Shown: positions 60,337-64,000 of the stretch, piece by piece | Numbering within the stretch: position 1 is the first letter of the stretch | Layout of the letters: each line of letters starts with the position of its first letter | Assembly: GCA_903867855.1 (NCBI GenBank) | Contig: CAIPTA010000179.1 | Location: 3,108 to 67,107, forward strand | Direction of reading: 5' to 3' | From: Oligoflexia bacterium | GTDB taxonomy: Bacteria; Bdellovibrionota; UBA1018; CAIPTA01 | DNA length: 64,000 bases | Translations under genes and position numbers: made by a program | Notes under the pieces: generated by a model | The model's database searches: none | What the model was told of the DNA's origin: nothing | Seen by the model: the letters and a program-made list of their open reading frames with translations, nothing else

Positions 60337-62165
60337 TACAGCGCTTCCTGTTGTAGTTGCCGCATGGCCCGATCAGTGTCTGCTGGCAGGAGTGTGGGAT
60401 CGACCGGTTTTTCCGGAGGGGGTTTATGGTCTGCCGTGGCGCCTCCATGTGGTCCCAATATGGTGCCACCCCTGGCTATGTTATTAGGCCACCCCCAGGA
60501 GGTTTGATTGTCGTTGGGATATGGATTAGGGCCAGCACTACCTCCATCCCCTTCTAAATAAAATTGTCCAGCCATTTGATTTGGGAGAGTTGGTCGTGTT
60601 GTTGCAACTGGAGCTAGTCCTACTCTTGCAAGCCCTACTCCTCCGCCTGCCGCCGCTCCTACTCCCACCGCTGCTGCTGGTCCCCCTACTCCCGCCGCTG
60701 CCGCTGGTCCTCCTACTCCCACCGCTGCTGCTGGTCCTCCTACTCCCACCGCTGCTGCTGGTCCTCCTACTCCCACCGCTGCTGCTGGTGCCGCTGGTGC
60801 TGGAGGAGACACTGGCCTTACGATTCCCGCTCCTGGGGCTGGTCCGGCTGCAGGAATAATGCCGTCTGCAAACCGTACTCCTCTTCCTCTACCTGCATCT
60901 AACCCCACTCTAGCAGCTCCACCGGCTCCACCAGCACCGTCACCTCTTCCACCAACCGCAGCCCTTGCACCATCTCTAGCGTCACCTCCACCCCTTCCTG
61001 CTCCACCAGCCGCAGCCCTTGCACCATCTCCACCACCACCCCCTCCAGCTCCACCACCACCCCCTCCAGCTCCACCACCACCCCCTCCAGCACCACCACC
61101 ACCCCTCCCTCTTCCTCCTGCTGCCATCATTGGTGAGGGTCCTGCTCTGATACCCATCTGCGCTGCCAATATATCATACAACGTGTTTATTTGCGCCTCG
61201 TTCCTTCTCTGGTAGCTTGTAATGAGTTCCATCACAGGATTCAGATCAAAGGATGGTGGTGCTAAATCTCCAAGATTATCAATCTTTGCATTGATAGCGG
61301 CCAATTCTCGCTGAAATGGAGTGAGGTCCACGGTAGGCATGGCCGCTCCCGCTCCTCCTCCTGCAGATACCGTGATGGAAGACCCTCCTCTGATAGTTGG
61401 TTCTGCCTCTGGCACATCTACTTGTGGTACCACAAATCGCAGTCCGGATAGCCTGGTCACATAATCTGTGGCATCCACTTGATTTAGGGTCTTTACTAGA
61501 GTTGATCGAGCCTCGTGTAACGTTTTCACCAGGGCTGATACATCCACATCTCTGTATGCGTGCTGTATGTCTTTGTTGTATCTTGTTGCATTGAGGCCGT
61601 TGGCATTGCCGTTGCAGCACAGTAGCTGAGTTCCAACTGCTATGGCGAAAGGTGCGTAGAATTCTTCGCTTCGTCTGAGCCGTATGCAGGTCTCTCGCAG
61701 ACCCCAGGAAGATATGGGCAGGAACTCCTTACCTTGCAAGTACTGCACTACCCTGGTCTCTGCCGCCTCGACCTTTGGGTGAAATCCGTGGACGACAAAG
61801 TGACGCATCTGTAGCTTGAGGGATCTAACTATGTCGAACATGGTTTTGCCTAGGCCGTTTGTGCTTCCAGCTTGGGTGAATCGTTTGCCCACATAGTCGC
61901 TCCAGGCCTTGCTCTCGAATCTCTGCAGATCCTTGTCTGTCATCATCGTTTGTGAACTGTTTCGTACCACCCACACTGCCTCGACGTTGCTTACAGAGGC
62001 TCCGCACATCAAGTCCCTGTAACGGATGTCCAGCTGCTCCAGCTCATCGTACTTTTCCATCTCTTTCGCCAGCGAGGTTTGCAGCTCGTGAGATGGCATG
62101 GCTCTGATGTCCACCACTACACCTGTGTCTACCTGGTCGTAGAATCTGCCTCCAATTTGGCTCAT
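60333..62165 (-). CDS. Hypothetical 610-aa protein: ~330-aa globular N-domain plus ~230-aa Gly/Ala/Arg/Pro low-complexity region plus short C-terminal tail
   Basis: First ATG at 62165 (the track's TTG at 62204 is discounted). Longest ORF of the segment. Its repeats are GGGGGGA, DGARAA and GPAAAVGVG. No family recognised. Confidence 0.6.
   Translation of the reverse strand: MSQIGGRFYDQVDTGVVVDIRAMPSHELQTSLAKEMEKYDELEQLDIRYRDLMCGASVSNVEAVWVVRNSSQTMMTDKDLQRFESKAWSDYVGKRFTQAGSTNGLGKTMFDIVRSLKLQMRHFVVHGFHPKVEAAETRVVQYLQGKEFLPISSWGLRETCIRLRRSEEFYAPFAIAVGTQLLCCNGNANGLNATRYNKDIQHAYRDVDVSALVKTLHEARSTLVKTLNQVDATDYVTRLSGLRFVVPQVDVPEAEPTIRGGSSITVSAGGGAGAAMPTVDLTPFQRELAAINAKIDNLGDLAPPSFDLNPVMELITSYQRRNEAQINTLYDILAAQMGIRAGPSPMMAAGGRGRGGGGAGGGGGGAGGGGGGAGGGGGGDGARAAAGGAGRGGGDARDGARAAVGGRGDGAGGAGGAARVGLDAGRGRGVRFADGIIPAAGPAPGAGIVRPVSPPAPAAPAAAVGVGGPAAAVGVGGPAAAVGVGGPAAAAGVGGPAAAVGVGAAAGGGVGLARVGLAPVATTRPTLPNQMAGQFYLEGDGGSAGPNPYPNDNQTSWGWPNNIARGGTILGPHGGATADHKPPPEKPVDPTLLPADTDRAMRQLQQEALY
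60631..60792. repeat. Tandem 27-bp repeat, 5 well-conserved copies plus 1 degenerate copy
   Basis: Unit CCTACTCCCACCGCTGCTGCTGGTCCT at 60658, 60685, 60712, 60739 and 60766. It encodes GPAAAVGVG on the minus strand. Confidence 0.9.
61030..61109. repeat. Tandem 21-bp repeat, ~3.8 copies
   Basis: Unit CCACCACCACCCCCTCCAGCT at 61030, 61051 and 61072. It encodes the GGGGGGA repeats on the minus strand. Confidence 0.9.
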
Positions 62166-62242
62166 GGTGGTTGGATCGTGGTATCTAGTTATACTGGTTA
62201 ACAATAGGAACGCATCTTCCCCTCATGACCCTTCCTGGCTGA

Positions 62243-62252
62243 GATGACGTAC
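62243..62252. promoter_or_regulatory. GATGACGTAC, near-copy of the CRE-like element
   Basis: Read directly. It lies in the divergent region between the 610-aa ORF and ORF J. Confidence 0.35.
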
Positions 62253-62254
62253 CA

Positions 62255-62596
62255 ATGGAGGCCCTCGTGTCGGATGTGCGTGCTCTGACTAGGATGAGAG
62301 AGAGGGGGGGTAGGATACGTTGGATAGGCCCCAACGAGGCGATGGTATTGGATGTTATGGAGTGGTCGGATTCACTGTCGCATGCGCTCAAAGAAAAGCA
62401 TCCGTTTTTATTGATGTGTTTCGAGTCGGCACCCGATTCTCTCAGCGGATTTGGCGTTAGGCTCAAGCTCGACCCCACAGAGGAGATCTGCAGGAGAGTG
62501 GGCATTGCCTGTGTTGTGATTGCCATACTTTCAGCTGTGACTGCCTATTGCTTGGATCTGTTCAGTCGACGACCCTTCTACATCCCCATGCCATGA
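62255..62596 (+). CDS. Hypothetical tail-anchored membrane protein J (113 aa)
   Basis: ATG ORF with a C-terminal TM helix VGIACVVIAILSAVTAYCLDLF. GATGACGTAC lies 3 nt upstream of the ATG. Confidence 0.4.
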   Translation: MEALVSDVRALTRMRERGGRIRWIGPNEAMVLDVMEWSDSLSHALKEKHPFLLMCFESAPDSLSGFGVRLKLDPTEEICRRVGIACVVIAILSAVTAYCLDLFSRRPFYIPMP

Positions 62597-62960
62597 AGTC
62601 TGATATGGTGATGTCATCGTCCTCGTTGATGGACTCGTCCGACTCAGATTGCTCTGGATTCTCCATGTGCTCCTTCCACTTGGTTTCCATGGCTTCGGTC
62701 TCGGCAACGAGGGATCTGGTATCGATGATGGAGCACAGGATTTCGGGGTCGATGTCTTGGTTGTGTTGCTCTGCTATGAGTTGGCAGTATTTGTGCAGCT
62801 CAGTATGCCCATGGATCTCCTCCACCTCTCCTTCCCTCCTTTCCAAATAGATGGGTTTGGGAGGCCAGGTCTTGGTCAGTCGCATCACGTCCCTCGGTTC
62901 CATCCACTGTCCAGGTGGGAGGCGGACTCGTCGGCGTTGGATTTGCAGATGCAGTGCCAT
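62562..62960 (-). CDS. Hypothetical acidic protein K (132 aa)
   Basis: ATG ORF. The AT-rich box and A10 run lie ~50 nt upstream on its strand. Confidence 0.4.
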   Translation of the reverse strand: MALHLQIQRRRVRLPPGQWMEPRDVMRLTKTWPPKPIYLERREGEVEEIHGHTELHKYCQLIAEQHNQDIDPEILCSIIDTRSLVAETEAMETKWKEHMENPEQSESDESINEDDDITISDFMAWGCRRVVD

Positions 62961-63021
62961 GGATTGGGGAGAAGCTGTAGACTTGGCCGCAAGGGTAGGA
63001 TTCAGGTCATTTTTTTTTTAA

Positions 63022-63028
63022 TATAAAA
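63022..63028 (+). promoter_or_regulatory. TATAAAA box preceded by a T10 run
   Basis: 22 nt upstream of ATG 63051. Confidence 0.4.
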
Positions 63029-63050
63029 TCCACAGCACAGGCCATGCAAG

Positions 63051-63164
63051 ATGTGGACTGTACATATCATCTTACTCATTGTCATACCAGCCATAGTTAC
63101 GTTAGTGGTTGACCTGTATGTAGGGTCAAAAGTGACACAGCAACTCCCTCAATATAAAAGGTAA
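63051..63164 (+). CDS. Candidate 37-aa single-TM mini-protein
   Basis: Own translation: MWTVHIILLIVIPAIVTLVVDLYVGSKVTQQLPQYKR. TATAAAA ends 22 nt upstream. Below the track's size cutoff. Confidence 0.3.
   Translation: MWTVHIILLIVIPAIVTLVVDLYVGSKVTQQLPQYKR
63153..63159 (+). promoter_or_regulatory. TATAAAA box
   Basis: 24 nt upstream of ATG 63184 (ORF L). Confidence 0.45.
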
Positions 63165-63183
63165 CTGGGTGAGGACAGCAAGA

Positions 63184-63510
63184 ATGAACTGTCTTCCTTT
63201 CCTTCTGCTCGCCTTGACGACGCTGGTTTCCGCTGATGATGATCACCGCCATGACGATACCGGTTACTATGGGACCCTTGGGATGATTCTCTTGGTCATC
63301 ATCCTGATTTGCTTTGTCGCCGCCGTCAGCTACACTCCCATGCCTTTTGACTATCAGAGCTTCTATGGCGGTGGAAGAAACGAATGTAAGCCACAGGAGA
63401 TCAACGTTCGCATCCTTCGTGGCGATTCTCTGCCCATGAGCGACTGTAAACACCAGACATTGGTGCAAGGTCCCGATGGGAATATTTACCTTACAGATGC
63501 GGGGGTTTAA
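63184..63510 (+). CDS. Hypothetical type I membrane protein L (108 aa)
   Basis: ATG 63184 gives a signal peptide MNCLPFLLLALTTLVSA, then an acidic/His stretch, then the TM helix LGMILLVIILICFVAAV. The stop is embedded in AATAAA. Confidence 0.5.
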   Translation: MNCLPFLLLALTTLVSADDDHRHDDTGYYGTLGMILLVIILICFVAAVSYTPMPFDYQSFYGGGRNECKPQEINVRILRGDSLPMSDCKHQTLVQGPDGNIYLTDAGV

Positions 63511-63544
63511 TAAAGTATTTCCATTGCATTTGAAAGTAATACCC

Positions 63545-63551
63545 TATAAAG
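63545..63551 (+). promoter_or_regulatory. TATAAAG box
   Basis: 24 nt upstream of ATG 63576 (ORF M). Confidence 0.4.
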
Positions 63552-63575
63552 GTATACCAGCCGTCTAGTGTCACG

Positions 63576-63752
63576 ATGGATCACGACCTAGCTGAAGCGT
63601 TGCGTAAAGAGATTCAACGAACCGAGAAAGATTTAGCGTTGATAGCATCTAGGATGGACCCATTGGAGAGGGAGATGGCAGAGAAGGAGTTCAACGCCAA
63701 GGTAGAGCGTGCCCGGCAGCGGCGGAGGGAGAAAGGGGGGGTGGGCCGTTGA
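63576..63752 (+). CDS. Candidate 58-aa coiled-coil protein M
   Basis: Own translation: MDHDLAEALRKEIQRTEKDLALIASRMDPLEREMAEKEFNAKVERARQRRREKGGVGR. TATAAAG ends 24 nt upstream. It ends just after a G8 run. Confidence 0.3.
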   Translation: MDHDLAEALRKEIQRTEKDLALIASRMDPLEREMAEKEFNAKVERARQRRREKGGVGR

Positions 63753-63755
63753 CAC

Positions 63756-63762
63756 TATTTAA
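63756..63762 (+). promoter_or_regulatory. TATTTAA box
   Basis: 25 nt upstream of ATG 63788 (ORF N). Confidence 0.35.
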
Positions 63763-63787
63763 GAAAGGTGAATACTTTGGCTCAGCG

Positions 63788-64000
63788 ATGCTCAGACAAT
63801 TTGACATAGAGGAACACGCCGCTCATAAGGTGGCGGCTAAGGACTCTGTTGTCACTCAGGCGCAAAGCTCCAGTAATATTTTGGATATCGACCCTGAAGC
63901 GAACGATTGCCACACCTTCTTCGGAAACAGGAAGCCCTTTGGTTCGCAGAAGATGCACTACACGGCATCTGCCTTGTCCTTTGTAACCAAAGCATTGGTC
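63788..64000 (+). CDS. Partial hypothetical ORF N, open to the right edge
   Basis: ATG 63788 (MLRQFDIEEHAAHKV...) gives 71 codons with no stop. TATTTAA ends 25 nt upstream. Confidence 0.3.
   Translation, partial: MLRQFDIEEHAAHKVAAKDSVVTQAQSSSNILDIDPEANDCHTFFGNRKPFGSQKMHYTASALSFVTKALV

Larger units (their letters stand above)
56688..64000. other. Foreign segment with non-bacterial (TATA-box type, SD-less) gene organisation; origin unassigned; continues past the right edge
   Basis: See findings. The change in ORF size, start contexts and promoter-like motifs begins within ~80 nt of the yifB start codon. Confidence 0.7.

Noticed and set aside
60044-60469. 141-aa minus-strand ORF overlapping the end of the 610-aa ORF and the 87-aa ORF
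   Set aside because: It lies entirely inside or overlapping two better-supported frames and has no distinct start signal. A further 57-aa TM ORF (59874-60047, minus strand) was also seen but left out as too speculative.
60581-61215. Leu/Pro-rich (92 aa) and Pro/Ala-rich (118 aa) plus-strand ORFs
   Set aside because: They are reverse-frame shadows of the tandem repeats inside the 610-aa minus-strand ORF. They have no unique flanking coding sequence.
60333-61300. Calling the Gly-Ala array an EBNA1-like immune-evasion repeat
   Set aside because: The resemblance is only compositional. There is no evidence for function or homology.
62548-63468. ORFs 62548-62850 (+), 62649-63026 (+) and 63097-63468 (-)
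   Set aside because: They are antisense to ORFs K and L, which have better starts, signal-peptide/TM logic and promoter-like boxes.
56688-64000. Interpretation of the right-hand segment as a prophage, ICE or genomic island of the bacterium
   Set aside because: - There is no integrase, tRNA, att repeat, or structural or replication gene I can recognise.
- There are no SD sequences.
- The promoter-like signals are TATA-type rather than sigma-70-type.

The interpretation is not excluded, only unsupported.
56688-64000. Assigning the segment to a specific family (alloherpesvirus, irido/ranavirus, baculovirus, phaeovirus, archaeal virus)
   Set aside because: Each fits some signals (CRE plus AATAAA; TAAG before two palindromes; leaderless TATA spacing) and conflicts with others. 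I recognise no hallmark protein, so naming a family would be a guess.
1-64000. Search for rRNA, tRNA, CRISPR arrays, IS elements and known defence systems
   Set aside because: Intergenic regions are short and none showed tRNA-like cloverleaf sequence, repeat-spacer periodicity, transposase ORFs or defence-gene signatures. This is a by-eye inspection only, so small RNAs could be missed.

Overview
The window has two very different parts.

(1) Positions 1 to ~56.7 kb are ordinary chromosomal DNA of an aerobic Gram-negative bacterium. The gene content is reminiscent of Bdellovibrionota or Myxococcota-type lineages, but that lineage call is inference only. This part contains:
- a propionyl-CoA carboxylase / methylmalonyl-CoA mutase operon and secreted glycosidases;
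- an NtrC-type two-component pair, a MinD-like/RodZ-like pair, rluD-pgeF, a VKOR-thioredoxin fusion and tatD;
- a ~20-kb respiratory supercluster: ctaB/ctaA, caa3 oxidase, SCO1, alternative complex III actABCDEF, and system II cytochrome c biogenesis;
- secG-tpiA-pgk-gap, a yhaM-like RNase, a PilZ protein and yifB/comM.

I saw no rRNA, tRNA, CRISPR array, transposase or recognisable defence system here. This part looks like core genome.

(2) Just upstream of the yifB start (56687), somewhere within ~56.69-56.77 kb, the sequence changes character and stays different to the window end.
- It has ~15 mostly short ORFs on both strands, and I recognise none of them.
- There are no Shine-Dalgarno sequences and only ATG starts make sense.
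- A/T homopolymers and TATA-type boxes sit 22-25 nt upstream of ATGs.
- A GATGACGTCATC (CRE-like) palindrome recurs at gene starts, and AATAAA overlaps three stop codons.
- One 610-aa protein carries Gly/Ala/Arg/Pro low-complexity arrays encoded by 27-bp and 21-bp tandem repeats.
- Other ORFs include an F-box-like N-terminus, Cys-rich zinc-finger-like proteins and several signal-peptide or TM mini-proteins.

This is TBP/TATA-style organisation, as in a eukaryotic, NCLDV-like or archaeal virus or element, not bacterial or phage organisation. The most likely explanation is a chimeric join (assembly artefact, contamination or concatenation). A real integration would be remarkable. I cannot assign the segment to a virus family from memory. 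That bacterial/non-bacterial junction is my main finding.
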